Positions 27,810-39,108 of a stretch of DNA of 59,419 nt are shown here, one piece after another. This DNA comes from a virus. Taxonomy: Duplodnaviria; Caudoviricetes. The stretch covers positions 1 through 59,419 of the IMG/VR virus record IMGVR_UViG_3300048578_000449, one strand, 5' to 3'. A program made the translations under genes and the position numbers. Position 1 is the first letter of the stretch. Every line of letters starts with the position of its first letter. The notes under the pieces are model-generated. The model was given only the letters and a program-made list of their open reading frames with translations. It ran no database searches and was not told the origin of the DNA.

Positions 27810-29178
27810 GCAGTGTGCGGCCGCGCTAGCTCGCGCCCGACGCGTTCTAGCGACTAAAAACAATCCCCTCGACGCCATCGAGAAGACCATCTGGGGCTCC
27901 CCCGCGGGTAAGAAGCGAATCGCGAATCGCCTCGCGGCGATGCTTCCCGCTCACGAGACGTACGTCGAACCCTTCGTGGGAAGTGCCGCGGTCCTGTTCG
28001 CCAAGGAGCCCGCTTCGGTCGAGGTGATCAACGACGCCGATCCGGAAATCGCTGAAGCCTATCGACTGGTGAAGGGGCTGAGTCGCCCAGCCCTGAACAA
28101 GCTTCGCCAGATGACGTGGACGGGCGATCCGGCGACCTTCAAGAAGCTCGTCGAGTCTCAGCCCACCGACGATATCGAGAAGCTTCATCGCTTCCTCTAC
28201 GTCACCCACTTCTCCTACGGCAAGCTTCGCGGCAAGAGCTTCAGCCCGTCGGGCGTAGGCGTCCACGCCAAGACCATCAGTCGCATCGAGCAGTTCGCGC
28301 CTCGCCTGCGGCACGTCAAGATCTACGGCGGCGACTACGAAGGGGTTGTCCGCAAGTACGACGGCAAGGACACAGTGTTCTTCCTCGATCCGCCCTACCC
28401 TGGCTACAACGTCGACGTCGGCGAGTCGGACTTCGACGAGGAACGCTTCTTCAAGCTCTGTAAATCCCTCAAGGGAAAGTTCCTCATCACGTATGGGATT
28501 CGAGGCCGCTTCCCAAAGATGGTGAAGGACTCGGACTTCTGGACGAAGCGGATCCGCACCCCTCGCACCATCTCCTCGATGCGTGGCGTGGGCGGTCCGA
28601 AGACGCTGACGCAACTACTCGTTGCCAACTACGAGCCGACAACCAAGGCACTCGCGGACGACTTCGAGTTGCTCGACTACGAGGTAGAGGAGCTCGAGGC
28701 GGAGTTCGCGAAGGACTCCACCCTCATCAAAGGTCTCGATCCGAACGACGAGCGCTACGTCCTCGGCATCGTGCTCGAGCCTGAGGTGGTCGACGCGCAG
28801 GGCGACATCTACTCGGCGGAGGAAATCCGCCAAGCCGCACACCGGTTCATGGAGGAGTTTGGCGGCCTCGGGTTGATGCACCGGATGCGGGTCAACGACC
28901 AGGTGAAGGTGCTCGAGACGTACTTGGCCCCGTCCGACTTCACGCTTGGCGAGACGACCATTCGCAAGGGCACGTGGCTGCTCGCCGTGCATGTGCTTTC
29001 CGACGAGCTCTGGGGTCGTGTGAAGGATGGCGACCTAACGGGCTTCTCCATCGGAGGCTCCGCACGTCGAGTGCCCGAAGGCGAGGCAGCGAGTTCGTCA
29101 CGACAACCCAACGCTGGAGCCACACCGAATGGCACGCCGCAAAACGCTCCTGCTTCACCGCGCACGGAGGCGACATGA
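27802..29178 (+). CDS. Fusion: D12-class N6-adenine DNA methyltransferase (Dam-like) and XkdF-like prohead serine protease
   Basis: [32 protein letters not shown]; then [35 protein letters not shown]. Confidence 0.88.
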   Translation: MDRQCAAALARARRVLATKNNPLDAIEKTIWGSPAGKKRIANRLAAMLPAHETYVEPFVGSAAVLFAKEPASVEVINDADPEIAEAYRLVKGLSRPALNKLRQMTWTGDPATFKKLVESQPTDDIEKLHRFLYVTHFSYGKLRGKSFSPSGVGVHAKTISRIEQFAPRLRHVKIYGGDYEGVVRKYDGKDTVFFLDPPYPGYNVDVGESDFDEERFFKLCKSLKGKFLITYGIRGRFPKMVKDSDFWTKRIRTPRTISSMRGVGGPKTLTQLLVANYEPTTKALADDFELLDYEVEELEAEFAKDSTLIKGLDPNDERYVLGIVLEPEVVDAQGDIYSAEEIRQAAHRFMEEFGGLGLMHRMRVNDQVKVLETYLAPSDFTLGETTIRKGTWLLAVHVLSDELWGRVKDGDLTGFSIGGSARRVPEGEAASSSRQPNAGATPNGTPQNAPASPRTEAT

Positions 29179-30122
29179 GCACGCAACCCGAAAGCGATCC
29201 CGCGGTCAATCGCCTCCTCGACATGGTGGTCGAAGAGGTCTCGCTCGTCGATCGCGCAGCCAACAATCGCAAGTTTCTCATCGTCAAGAGGGACCACAAC
29301 ATGAACGAAGACACGGATATCGAGAAAGCCGATGGAGATAGTCCACCGGCAGAAGACGGGAGTGAGGGGCTGGGTGGCGGCTCGCCTCTGGGTGCGGCGA
29401 TTGCCGCTCTCGAAAGCCTGACCTCCATTGTGGAAGCGCTCGGCTCCCTTGGAGCCAATCGCGCCGACACGCGTCTCGCGGAACTCGCCCGAGAACTGCG
29501 TGACACTGCCGATCAGATCCTTTCCCAAGTGGGCGAAGGCGGCGAGGAGCAGCCCGCCGGAGACGGAGTTCCGAGCACGGACGACGCCTTGAACGCCGCC
29601 GAGGACATGCCCCCCATCGAAAGCCGCGCGAAGGCGAAAGCCTCCGGCGCCAAGAAGCCGCCTTTCGGAAAGAAGCCCACCGGCAAAAAGCCGGGGAAGA
29701 AGAAACCCGTCGAGCCCGACGAAGAGGACGACGAGACCGCTGACGACGAAGAGGACGACGAGACCGACGACAACTTCGCTCAAGCCAAAGCGGCACTCGG
29801 CAAGCTCACCGAGGCGCTCGGCGGCATGGGTCGCCCCGTGAATAAGGCGTCGTCGAAAGCGCCAACGACGGAAGGCAACACCGCCGAGCTCACCACCACG
29901 GTCACGAAGCTCACCGAGACTGTTCAGGCGCTCACCGAAACCGTCCAAGGCTTTCAGCAAAGACTCGGACGAGTCGAGAAGCACTCCGGTGTGCCCAATA
30001 GCGCGCCCCCGGCCGAACACGTCGCAAAGACGGTCGAAGCCGCCGTCGGCTGGCCTCTCGATCTCAACCACCCGATGGACCGCCAAAGCGTCGACAAGGC
30101 GGTCTCGTTTCACGACCTCTAA
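29175..30122 (+). CDS. Capsid scaffolding protein carrying the protease [10 protein letters not shown] strand at its N-terminus
   Basis: [27 protein letters not shown]; acidic/low-complexity and coiled-coil segments; directly before the MCP. Confidence 0.7.
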   Translation: MSTQPESDPAVNRLLDMVVEEVSLVDRAANNRKFLIVKRDHNMNEDTDIEKADGDSPPAEDGSEGLGGGSPLGAAIAALESLTSIVEALGSLGANRADTRLAELARELRDTADQILSQVGEGGEEQPAGDGVPSTDDALNAAEDMPPIESRAKAKASGAKKPPFGKKPTGKKPGKKKPVEPDEEDDETADDEEDDETDDNFAQAKAALGKLTEALGGMGRPVNKASSKAPTTEGNTAELTTTVTKLTETVQALTETVQGFQQRLGRVEKHSGVPNSAPPAEHVAKTVEAAVGWPLDLNHPMDRQSVDKAVSFHDL

Positions 30123-30145
30123 CCGCCGCTCGCCCCAGAACCACT

Positions 30146-31075
30146 ATGGACAACCGAACCGTTCTCGAAAAAGCCGATCTCGCGCTCGCCGATCTCACCA
30201 ACGGCGGCGGGCTCCTGCTTCCCGCGCAAGCGCAGAAGTTCATGCGCCTGCTCATCAAACAATCCATCCTGCTGCAGCAAGCCACGGTGGTGCCGATGGC
30301 ATCGCCGAAGCAGCAGACTTCCAAGATCAAGTTTGGAAGCCGCGTCCTTCGCCCCGGACAGGAAGCAACCGCGCTCACCGCGGCGCAGCGGGTGATCCCC
30401 GATCTGTCGCAAGTTGAGCTCGACGCCAAACTCTTCAAAGCCGAGGTCCGACTCTCCGACGAGGTGCTTGAGGACAGCATCGAACGCGGCGAGCTGCGGC
30501 AGACCATCATGGAGATGATGGCCGAAGCCATTGCTCGTGACATGGAGGAAGTCGTCATCAACGGGGATGTCGTCGCCACCGATCCGTTCCTTGCAACCCT
30601 CGACGGCATCCTCAAGCAGGCTACCAGCAACGTCGTCGACGCCGCCGGCACGCCAATGGCGAAGGAGCTGCTTCGCGATCTCCTGAAGACGCTCCCCTCG
30701 GAGTACCTGAGGGACAAGAGCCAGATGCGCTACCTCACCAGCGTCGATGCCGATCTCGACTATCGAGACTCGCTCGCCGAACGAGCCACCGCTGTGGGCG
30801 ACAAGTTCCTCGAGGGTGAGGCGCCGGTGCTCTACTCGGGCGTGCCGCTCCAGCCCATTCCGCTCTTCCCGGAAAACCTCGGCACCACGCAGGACCAAAC
30901 CAACATCCTGCTCTGCAACCCGAAGAACATTCACGTCGGGATTTGGCGGCAGATCCGAGTCGAGTCCGATCGGGACATCTCGGAAGGCACGCTCAAGATC
31001 GTCACCACGCTCCGGTTCGACGTGAAGTACGCGGAAGAAACCGGCGTCGCTAAAGCCATCAACGTGCGGCTGTAA
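30146..31075 (+). CDS. Major capsid protein (HK97 fold, XkdG-like)
   Basis: [42 protein letters not shown]. Confidence 0.92.
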   Translation: MDNRTVLEKADLALADLTNGGGLLLPAQAQKFMRLLIKQSILLQQATVVPMASPKQQTSKIKFGSRVLRPGQEATALTAAQRVIPDLSQVELDAKLFKAEVRLSDEVLEDSIERGELRQTIMEMMAEAIARDMEEVVINGDVVATDPFLATLDGILKQATSNVVDAAGTPMAKELLRDLLKTLPSEYLRDKSQMRYLTSVDADLDYRDSLAERATAVGDKFLEGEAPVLYSGVPLQPIPLFPENLGTTQDQTNILLCNPKNIHVGIWRQIRVESDRDISEGTLKIVTTLRFDVKYAEETGVAKAINVRL

Positions 31076-31109
31076 CGGTCACGCCGCTAGTCCGTTTGCG
31101 AGAGGTCCA

Positions 31110-31499
31110 ATGGAAACACTACTGGTTCGACTGAAAGCGTTCGATCCCCGCCGTGGCCACGTGCTGCGTCGCTTCACCTACTCGGGCATCAAGTTCCAGC
31201 CGGAACGCGGCTGGTACCGGGTGGAGAAACAAGTCGCCGAATACCTGCGTGGCGTGCATCAGCAACCGAGCGACGCCTACACGCCGCTCGCCTTCGACGT
31301 GTGCACGGACGCGGAGGCGAAGGCGCTTGATGCCGCCGAGGCGGAGGAGACTCAGGTGAAGAAGGCCGCCTCCGACGACATCAAAGTCGTCCAAGCGCGC
31401 CCGACGGGTGCGGTAACGACTGAGGATTTGCCCAAGGCTACCTCCGCCACCGCTCACACGGACGACAACGCCCAGCGGCATCGCCGGGGGCGCGACTGA
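31110..31499 (+). CDS. Hypothetical virion-associated protein
   Basis: GAGG RBS; position after the MCP. Confidence 0.6.
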   Translation: METLLVRLKAFDPRRGHVLRRFTYSGIKFQPERGWYRVEKQVAEYLRGVHQQPSDAYTPLAFDVCTDAEAKALDAAEAEETQVKKAASDDIKVVQARPTGAVTTEDLPKATSATAHTDDNAQRHRRGRD

Positions 31500-31500
31500 C

Positions 31501-32139
31501 ATGTACGCCTCGGTCGCCGATGCGCGAAGTGAAGGCATCACCGTGGCCGAGGCGTCCGACGAGCGGCTTCGGCTCCTGCTCGACGAAGCGACCCGCCTCA
31601 TCGATCGCGTGACGGGATGGTTCTTCGAGGCGCGCGACGCGTCCTATCGGCTCGACGGGCGAGGCACGCCGACCCTCGAGCTGCCCGCGCCTCCCATTCG
31701 TCTCACGCGCCTGACCATCCACGAGATCGAGCAGTCGCTTCGACCCATTGACCTCGTGGTCGTTGGGGCGCCCGTGGGCGCAGGCTTCACGTCGCCGAGG
31801 GTTTCGCTGCGCTGGGGCCGCTACTTTCCTCGCGGATACGGCAACGTCGGAGTCGAGGGGCGGTTTGGATTCACCGAGGAGGACGGCACTCCGGAGGGGC
31901 GCACACCGCTTGCGATTCGGAGGGCGTGCCTGCTGTTGGTACTGCGCAATCTCGCGCCCCTGGCCAGCGAAGACGCGGCGGAGGCTCGGTCGCAGTGGCG
32001 CGTCATCGAGGAGAGAACCCGCGACCAAAGCTACCGGCTCAATCCGCTGAAGTCGTCGTCGGCGTTGGCCACGGGTGATCCGGAGATTGATGAGTTGCTC
32101 TGGCCCTATGCGAGGCCGTCACAACTCGGTGCCGTATGA
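31501..32139 (+). CDS. Head-tail connector/adaptor (gp6/gp15-like)
   Basis: MYASVAD.R; [11 protein letters not shown]; [12 protein letters not shown]; [13 protein letters not shown]. Confidence 0.75.
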   Translation: MYASVADARSEGITVAEASDERLRLLLDEATRLIDRVTGWFFEARDASYRLDGRGTPTLELPAPPIRLTRLTIHEIEQSLRPIDLVVVGAPVGAGFTSPRVSLRWGRYFPRGYGNVGVEGRFGFTEEDGTPEGRTPLAIRRACLLLVLRNLAPLASEDAAEARSQWRVIEERTRDQSYRLNPLKSSSALATGDPEIDELLWPYARPSQLGAV

Positions 32140-32669
32140 CTCGCGGACGTTTGATCTTCCGATTCCAGGCGGCGATTTGCCGGCTCGACACGGCCGCCAT
32201 GGCGTCCGATCCCGACGGCCCCGGAGCGCTCTTGTCCGGGTACGATGCGGATTTCAAGGAGCCCGTGCTCATCGACCGAGACGATGACGGCGTAGCGGAA
32301 CCCTTGCGTCGCGAGTTCCCCCAGGTGCTCGTCCCCTGCCAGGTGGAGCCGGAGGCCTTTGCCACTTTGCGCATGTCGAGTTCCGGCAACGCGCCACGCA
32401 GTGAGTTCAATCTGGTCTTGCACTTTCGTGACCTCGAACGCCTCGGCCTCGTCGATCCGGCAACGGGCGATGCCTTGATTCGTCCCAGTGATCGCCTGAG
32501 CGCGATCTACGACCGTCAGGGCGAGTTGGTGCAAGCCATCCGTACGCCCCCCGGCCTCTACGTCACCGAATCGCGACCGATTGGGTTTGGACTTCACCGC
32601 GCGCGCCCGCACCGGAACCTGCTGCTCGTCACGTTCCAAGACCGTCCAGCCACTCGGAGTTTTTCATGA
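32136..32669 (+). CDS. Head-closure/head-tail joining protein (putative)
   Basis: Position in the neck module; beta-rich; ATGA coupling. Confidence 0.55.
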   Translation: MTRGRLIFRFQAAICRLDTAAMASDPDGPGALLSGYDADFKEPVLIDRDDDGVAEPLRREFPQVLVPCQVEPEAFATLRMSSSGNAPRSEFNLVLHFRDLERLGLVDPATGDALIRPSDRLSAIYDRQGELVQAIRTPPGLYVTESRPIGFGLHRARPHRNLLLVTFQDRPATRSFS

Positions 32670-32950
32670 AGCACGTTTCCACCCTCTTTCTCTCGGTCCT
32701 CGCGCTCGCCGTCGGTTGCCGCGCCTCGGACAACTGCGACCCCAATACGACGCAGTGCGCCGACAATGTCGCCGAGGTTTGCGACGCCGACCGCAACTGG
32801 CAGCCGCAGCTCGACTGCGACGACGTGGGCCGCAAGTCGAGCGCCGCTTTCAAGTGCGAGTTTGTCAGCGAAGACACCGACGATGGGCTCGTCGAAGGCC
32901 ACACCTGCGTCCCCGCAAACGTCGGCGGCGGGACGGGAGGCGCGTCGTAA
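32666..32950 (+). CDS. Small Cys-rich lipoprotein
   Basis: Signal peptide with lipobox LAVGC; six further Cys. Confidence 0.65.
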   Translation: MKHVSTLFLSVLALAVGCRASDNCDPNTTQCADNVAEVCDADRNWQPQLDCDDVGRKSSAAFKCEFVSEDTDDGLVEGHTCVPANVGGGTGGAS

Positions 32951-33594
32951 TGGGCCTCCTCAATTCACTGCCGATCATCGGCAAGTTCTTCGTCTCCCGC
33001 GAGCCGCGCTCGGAGCAGGTCACTGCCTTCTGGGCGTACATGCAGGCCCACTTCGGCACCAGCCTCCTGAACCAGCTCAACAACGCCGAGATCGATCTCA
33101 TCACCCAAGCGCTCGACACGATCCGGATTGGCGACCGCGCAAGCTTCCTCAATCGGTGCTCGCTTACCATCGGCAAGCGCATCTACGTCCCCTTCGAGCC
33201 CGGTGTGGCTCGGCCCGGATGGGATCTGTGGCGGCAGATGGTGCTCTGTGTCCACGAGCACCAACACGTCGTCCAGCACGAGCGGCTCGGCCTCGAGTTC
33301 GCCGCGCGGTACATGGCCGATCGCGCCGAGCGCGCCAACTACGAGGTCGAAGCGTTGCGCTCCGATCTCGAGCTCGAGTACTGGCGTACGCGCAAGGTGC
33401 CCTCGACCAAGGCGCTCGCGGAGCGCCTCTACAATTACGGTTGTCGCAAGGACGACGTAGCTTTTGCGGCAAAAGCCCTCTCGCTCGCGGCCGTGCCCGT
33501 GCGAAAGGGCGCCGTCGTCAACGAATCCTCGAAAGTTGCCCTCGACTGGCTGAATGAGCGCTCGGGCGAATTCGCCTTTCTCAGGAAGGGCTAA
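32950..33594 (+). CDS. Zincin-like HExxH metallopeptidase-fold protein
   Basis: LTIGKRIY; LCVHEHQHVVQ; downstream YEVEA Glu ligand; TAATG overlap. Confidence 0.65.
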   Translation: MGLLNSLPIIGKFFVSREPRSEQVTAFWAYMQAHFGTSLLNQLNNAEIDLITQALDTIRIGDRASFLNRCSLTIGKRIYVPFEPGVARPGWDLWRQMVLCVHEHQHVVQHERLGLEFAARYMADRAERANYEVEALRSDLELEYWRTRKVPSTKALAERLYNYGCRKDDVAFAAKALSLAAVPVRKGAVVNESSKVALDWLNERSGEFAFLRKG

Positions 33595-33600
33595 GCCACC

Positions 33601-34188
33601 GTGAAGCGCACCGGGAACTGGGCCTTGGCTCGTAGTCTGCTCGAATCGGGCCCAGCCCGGCTGCGCACCGCGGTGTCGACTGGGCTTCGCCAAGAGGCGC
33701 AGGCGCTCCGCAACGAAATCGTCCGAGGGCTCACGAGCCAGGCCCCCGGTGGAACCGCCATCGAGCCCGTCTCGCCACTGACGCTCGCCGCCCGACGTTT
33801 GGCCGGCTTCAAAGGCACCAAGGCGCTGATGGTTCGGGGTGATTTACGCAACGCCATCGTCGTCATCATCGACGGCGAGAAGGTGTTCGTCGGGATTTCG
33901 CGCAAGGCGCGGAGCCGGGACGGCCAGGCCCTCGTCGACGTGGCTCAGGTGCAGGAGTTCGGCGGCCCACCGGTGGTCATCCCCATCACACCGAAAATGG
34001 CCCGCTACCTGGGCAGGTTATTCAAGGAAGCCGGCAAGGAGCGCTCGGGCGGTAGCGGCACCGGCGTTGTCGTCGTGCAGGTCCCGGCGCGCCCCTTCCT
34101 GCGCCCCGCCTTCGAAGCGTTCCGTCAAGGCGCAAGCGACCGCTTCTTGCGTCGCGTCGCCCGAGAGATTTTCGGAGGGCGCCGCTGA
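33601..34188 (+). CDS. Virion morphogenesis/neck protein (HK97 gp10/Mu G-like)
   Basis: [13 protein letters not shown]; VQEFG; [11 protein letters not shown]. Confidence 0.8.
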   Translation: MKRTGNWALARSLLESGPARLRTAVSTGLRQEAQALRNEIVRGLTSQAPGGTAIEPVSPLTLAARRLAGFKGTKALMVRGDLRNAIVVIIDGEKVFVGISRKARSRDGQALVDVAQVQEFGGPPVVIPITPKMARYLGRLFKEAGKERSGGSGTGVVVVQVPARPFLRPAFEAFRQGASDRFLRRVAREIFGGRR

Positions 34189-35081
34189 TGGCCATCCCGA
34201 CGCTCATCTCCGTCGCCCCAGTTGACGGTCCCGCAAGCGGCGGAGACCTGGTCTGCCTGGTGGGGACCGGCTTTGCCCAGCGCGTCGCCGTCGCCTTTGG
34301 CGGCCAACCCGCAGCCGTTCTCGCAGTGCGCGACGAGGCGGGTTCGAGCGTCGTCGACGTACGAACCCCGGCGCATGAGGCGGCCGCGGTCGACGTCATC
34401 CTGCAGAACCTCGACGCATCGGGAACCCCCATCCCGGGCGAGGTCGCGACGATCCCGACGGCATATCGCTTCCTACGCTCGCGCGTCGCCGCCGAGAGCC
34501 ACCTCACGCGGCTCGTGCGGCAGCTCCTTCGGGAGCTCAAACGCCAGGTCCTCGCCAACGTCAGCACCACCGTCTCGGTCGACTACGACGACAGTCCCGG
34601 TAGCGGAATCATCGCGATGGCGACGGTGCCCTCGGTCGTGCTCTCGGGCCCTTCCCTGCGACAGAACCGATTCTACTCCTCCAACGTCGCGCTCGAGGAG
34701 CTGACCCAAAGCCCGAGCGGACCCGAATTCACGCGCCGCCGGCCCGCCTTCACTGTCGATCTCCTCTTTACCATCACGGTCACGTCAAGCCGCACCGCCG
34801 AGTTGCTCAACCTCATGGCCGCGCTCGCGACCTTCCTCAACCGCAATCGCTGGATCGCGCTCGACCGCGACCCCAGTGATCCAAGTGCAGGCCGCGTGCG
34901 GTGGGAGATGGATGCCGATGGAGAGGTGCGGACTCAGCTCGAGAACAAAAGCGATGTGCGCGCCTTCTCGTGGGCACTCGTCATTCGCGGATTCGATATC
35001 GACGAAGGCCTGCTGCTCGACCGCGCCCCGCCGGTCGAAGACGCAGACGTGCGCTCCCTTCCGCTCAAGGAGATCCAATGA
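34188..35081 (+). CDS. IPT/TIG-domain tail completion/terminator-like protein
   Basis: PTLISVAPVDGPASGG.LV.LVGTGF (IPT/TIG); position before the sheath. Confidence 0.6.
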   Translation: MAIPTLISVAPVDGPASGGDLVCLVGTGFAQRVAVAFGGQPAAVLAVRDEAGSSVVDVRTPAHEAAAVDVILQNLDASGTPIPGEVATIPTAYRFLRSRVAAESHLTRLVRQLLRELKRQVLANVSTTVSVDYDDSPGSGIIAMATVPSVVLSGPSLRQNRFYSSNVALEELTQSPSGPEFTRRRPAFTVDLLFTITVTSSRTAELLNLMAALATFLNRNRWIALDRDPSDPSAGRVRWEMDADGEVRTQLENKSDVRAFSWALVIRGFDIDEGLLLDRAPPVEDADVRSLPLKEIQ

Positions 35082-35428
35082 CCCAAGTCCTCACGAATCA
35101 ACGTCGCACCATGCTGATCTTCATCCTCCGCCACAAGGAGTACTGCGAGCGCGCAAAGACGTGCGCATGCGCAAAGGCGCGTCGCGGCAGACCTCCTGTC
35201 CCCTCGGCGCTCACACTGCCGGCTCTTGCCACTATCGAGGCGCCCGATGCGGTGCTGTCGGTGAAGGAAGTGCGAGACGCGATCCGTCGAGGTGATGTGA
35301 CCGCAAAAACAAAGGCGGAAGCGAAACCGGTCGCGCCTTCGTCCACCACCGCGTCGGTGCCTCAAGCGCACCCCGCTGTCACGCCCGAAGGCGCTGCCCA
35401 CTCCCCCAAGAAGAGAGCAAAAGAATGA
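35078..35428 (+). CDS. Hypothetical tail-associated protein
   Basis: AAGGAG RBS; ATGA overlaps on both sides. Confidence 0.6.
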   Translation: MTQVLTNQRRTMLIFILRHKEYCERAKTCACAKARRGRPPVPSALTLPALATIEAPDAVLSVKEVRDAIRRGDVTAKTKAEAKPVAPSSTTASVPQAHPAVTPEGAAHSPKKRAKE

Positions 35429-36999
35429 GCCGAGAACTCCGAGCATCCAAGGTCATTGTCCAGGAAGAAGAACCTCAGATCCGAAGCGTGCCTTCGGCAC
35501 CGACCTCAGTCCACGGCGCCGTCGGCATCACGGAACGGGGCCCGATTGGGATCGCGACCCAGTGCATGTCCTTCGATGATTACGAGAGCAAGTTCGGAGG
35601 CTTCACCGCGGACTCAGACCTTGCGCTTGCGGCCATGGGCTTCTTCCAGAACGGCGGCAGCGAGCTCTGGGTCGTCCGCACGATGCACTACACCGATCCC
35701 GCCGACCCTTCGACGTTCACGGCAACACGGGCCGAGGCCAATATTGGCACCGAGACGGTGGCGATCCTGTCGGTTCGGGCGAGGGAGTTCGGGGCGTTCG
35801 GCAATCGGCTCCAGGTGGAACTCCGCGCGCCTTCCAGTGGACAAGTGGGCGCATTCGATTGCCTCATCCTCGACGATGGGGCCCATCGGGAGTCGTTCCT
35901 CAACGTCACCCTCGCGCCCAATGAGCCGCGCTACGTTGAGCGGGTCGTCAATGACCACCTCCTTGGGTCGGCGCTCGTTAGCGTCAGGGATTTGCGACCG
36001 GGTAGCGCACCGGAGCTGCCCCATGACGTGATCACGCTGAGCGGCGGCTCCGATGGCTTGGTGGACCTGAGCGATGCCGATTTCGTTGGGTCTCAAGCGG
36101 GCAAGACGGGGCTCTACGCCTTCGACAGCGTACAGAGCCTTGCCCTCCTGACAATCCCAGGACGCGCTACTCCCGCCGTGCACACCGCGATGCTGAACTA
36201 CTGCGAGACGGCGCGCGATGGGATGGTGTTCGCCATCCTCGATCCGCCCGCGAACGCAACCGCCACCGAGATGGTGACTTACGTGGCCAACACTGCTGCG
36301 CTCGAGGAAGCCAGCGAGTACGGCGCCATTTACTGGCCGCGCATCAAGGTCCTCAATCCGAAGAAGAGCGCCTTCGGTCCGTATGACCAAATCGTTGTCG
36401 CTCCCTCCGGACACATCGCTGGCGTCTTCGCTCGGACCGACGTCGCGCGTAGCGGCGGCGTGTACGACCCTCCAGCGGGAATCGAAGCCGGTCGGCTCTT
36501 CGAAGTCCTCGGCTTCGAAACGAACGAAGTTCTCGAGGAAGCCAAGCGCGACGTCGTCTACCCCCATCGAATCAACCCGCTGACGACCGAGCCGGGATAC
36601 CCGCGCTACATCGACGGCTGCCGCACGCTCCGGTCGAGCGGCAACTTCCCCTACGTTGCCGAGCGCCGTGGCGTCATTTTCATCGAACGCAGCCTCAAGG
36701 CGGCACTTCAGTTCGCGCGCCACAAGAACAACACCGAAGCGCTCCGCGCCCAGGTGCACCGCACCATCAAAGCGTTCCTGATGACGCAGATGAAGAATGA
36801 TGCGTTCCGCTCCAACGAACCCGGTAAAGCGTTCTTCGTGGATGTTTCTGATGCGATCAATCCTCCGAGTGAGGTATTCGCTGGTCGTCTCAACGCGCGC
36901 GTGGGCCTCGCCACGAACAAGCCGGCGGAGTTCGTGATTCTCAAGATCACTCAAGACACGCGCGCGCTCGATGCGGAGTTGGCCCAATCGAAAGGTTAA
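35425..36999 (+). CDS. Contractile tail sheath protein
   Basis: [52 protein letters not shown]. Confidence 0.95.
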   Translation: MSRELRASKVIVQEEEPQIRSVPSAPTSVHGAVGITERGPIGIATQCMSFDDYESKFGGFTADSDLALAAMGFFQNGGSELWVVRTMHYTDPADPSTFTATRAEANIGTETVAILSVRAREFGAFGNRLQVELRAPSSGQVGAFDCLILDDGAHRESFLNVTLAPNEPRYVERVVNDHLLGSALVSVRDLRPGSAPELPHDVITLSGGSDGLVDLSDADFVGSQAGKTGLYAFDSVQSLALLTIPGRATPAVHTAMLNYCETARDGMVFAILDPPANATATEMVTYVANTAALEEASEYGAIYWPRIKVLNPKKSAFGPYDQIVVAPSGHIAGVFARTDVARSGGVYDPPAGIEAGRLFEVLGFETNEVLEEAKRDVVYPHRINPLTTEPGYPRYIDGCRTLRSSGNFPYVAERRGVIFIERSLKAALQFARHKNNTEALRAQVHRTIKAFLMTQMKNDAFRSNEPGKAFFVDVSDAINPPSEVFAGRLNARVGLATNKPAEFVILKITQDTRALDAELAQSKG

Positions 37000-37009
37000 G
37001 GGGCACGTC

Positions 37010-37462
<453 letters not shown>

Positions 37463-37507
37463 GAAGCTACCCAACTAGAGCCAACGCCTGGATACCGGGC
37501 ACGACCA

Positions 37508-38356
37508 TCAACACGTATCGCAGACAGCCATCCACGCGACGGTATAGGGCGAACACCATAAGGGATTGCCATAGTAGTCACTGCACGCCCAAACCCGTGC
37601 TGTCTCACCTTTGCACATCGGCGCGTCCACGCGCCTCCCGTTTTGGGCACCGGGTGGTGGTGGAGCACAATTGCACGGGGCAACTATTGCGCCTGTCTCG
37701 AATTCGAGACAAGTCTCTCGCCACTCGCTAGTACCGTCGGGGCATTCTGTCGTGCACAATTCGAACTGCGCTGCTCCGGACGGACACCGAGCTTCTGGTC
37801 GCCATGCCCCGGGGTATGCACCGTTGGGTTGCGCGGAGCAACTGCACTGAGTCACGATCTGACTCGTGTCATTTGCAATACACTGACCGCCCTCGCACGT
37901 GAATCCCTTTCCACAGATTCCGCAGGGCCGACCACACCCATCGTCTCCACACTGCTTTTGAGCGCAGCTGCCTGCACAAGCGACGCACGCTCCGTCGTTG
38001 CCACAGGAGAGTCCACCTGAACACCGACCACAGTTCCCGTCGCAACCGTCCGAACCGCAGCTCCTTCCCGTGCAGGACGTCGACGAGCACGAGATACATT
38101 GCCCTGACGATACGTCGTACTTGACGTCCTTACCCACGCACTCACAGTAGCCTTCCGGCGTGACCTCCTGGCCTGCCTGTGCACACCAAGCACTGTCTCT
38201 TAGGGATAGTTGATACGAGTCCGTAGCCTCATGACAAATCTTCGGATCCGGGTCAGGGTCGCATGCTACGCTTAGCAAAAATGCAACAGTAACGGCGAGC
38301 AATGAAAGTCGCATGCAACGTTTCGCTACATCTCGACTACTGAACTTTGAAGCCAT
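37508..38356 (-). CDS. Cys-rich lipoprotein with myxobacterial-type CGxDGCGxxCG repeats (moron)
   Basis: Lipobox LSVAC; CTGRSCGSDGCDGNCG and CAQKQCGDDGCGRPCG; duplicated C-terminal module. Confidence 0.75.
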   Translation of the reverse strand: MASKFSSRDVAKRCMRLSLLAVTVAFLLSVACDPDPDPKICHEATDSYQLSLRDSAWCAQAGQEVTPEGYCECVGKDVKYDVSSGQCISCSSTSCTGRSCGSDGCDGNCGRCSGGLSCGNDGACVACAGSCAQKQCGDDGCGRPCGICGKGFTCEGGQCIANDTSQIVTQCSCSAQPNGAYPGAWRPEARCPSGAAQFELCTTECPDGTSEWRETCLEFETGAIVAPCNCAPPPPGAQNGRRVDAPMCKGETARVWACSDYYGNPLWCSPYTVAWMAVCDTC

Positions 38357-38846
38357 CGGAGACCCAATCCTGACCGTCGAAGAGAGTCTGCACGAAATGG
38401 TTGCCTTCCTGAAGTGGTCGCAAATTGGCCGCTTCTAGCGGAACAGTCGCTTTGTCCTTGCAGCTTTCGAACTTCAGGAGACCGGTTGAGGCAGCAGCTC
38501 CGGTCTCGTAGTCGGCTACTGTGAATAGGTCTAGCGCCAGCTGATAGGTTCTGCACCTATCGTTTGGGTTTGTGAAGTCCACATCGCCCTTCACAACACG
38601 GCCAATGTATTGCAATGCCTCGATCAGGAACAGAATGGCTGTTTTAATATCCTCGGGTTCATCACATCCGGAGATTGACAGCGGAGCAACGAAAACCATT
38701 ATCAAGCGACCGCTGTCGCGCAACATGGTTCGGCGTGACATCACATCGGGCCGGCTCCGCACATCCGTAGCGAAGCGGCGAGCGCCATCGAACGCATCAG
38801 GGTACCGCGTTGGTGCAGAAGTGATCTCAATTTTAGGTCGACCCAT
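38337..38846 (-). CDS. Putative Tat-exported lipoprotein (moron)
   Basis: SRRTML twin-arginine-like motif, hydrophobic stretch, LSISGC; GGAGG RBS before ATG 38846. Confidence 0.55.
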   Translation of the reverse strand: MGRPKIEITSAPTRYPDAFDGARRFATDVRSRPDVMSRRTMLRDSGRLIMVFVAPLSISGCDEPEDIKTAILFLIEALQYIGRVVKGDVDFTNPNDRCRTYQLALDLFTVADYETGAAASTGLLKFESCKDKATVPLEAANLRPLQEGNHFVQTLFDGQDWVSDGFKVQ

Positions 38847-39057
38847 CGCGTCCTCCCGCGGGTTGCTATCCGCAATGACTCCTACGGACCGTTTACGCTG
38901 ATGATAAGGGCCTACATCGCCGCGCATCGTGTTGCCAAGGCATCCTTCACGACGCATCACTCCCGTGAACGACCAGCGATGACGCCACAGCGACCTAGAA
39001 CTGGATGCTCTCTATCGTCCCTCATTGGACAAATCCCGTTGAACCGAACTTCTTGAC

Positions 39058-39090
39058 GTCCCCTGAAGTGCCTTACGCCCCCCCCTTTGC
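39058..39090 (+). promoter_or_regulatory. Class-1 promoter (22-nt spacer with a C8 tract) restarting the tail operon
   Basis: GTCCCC at 39058, TTTGC at 39086, then N6-TGAG. Confidence 0.65.
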
Positions 39091-39108
39091 CTCTCTTGAG
39101 GCAATTGC

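Noticed and set aside
28809-30113. 434-aa antisense ORF (likewise 35614..37020, 16005..16943 and the off-frame 9214..10710)
   Set aside because: Shadow ORFs of protease/scaffold, sheath, nuclease and helicase genes
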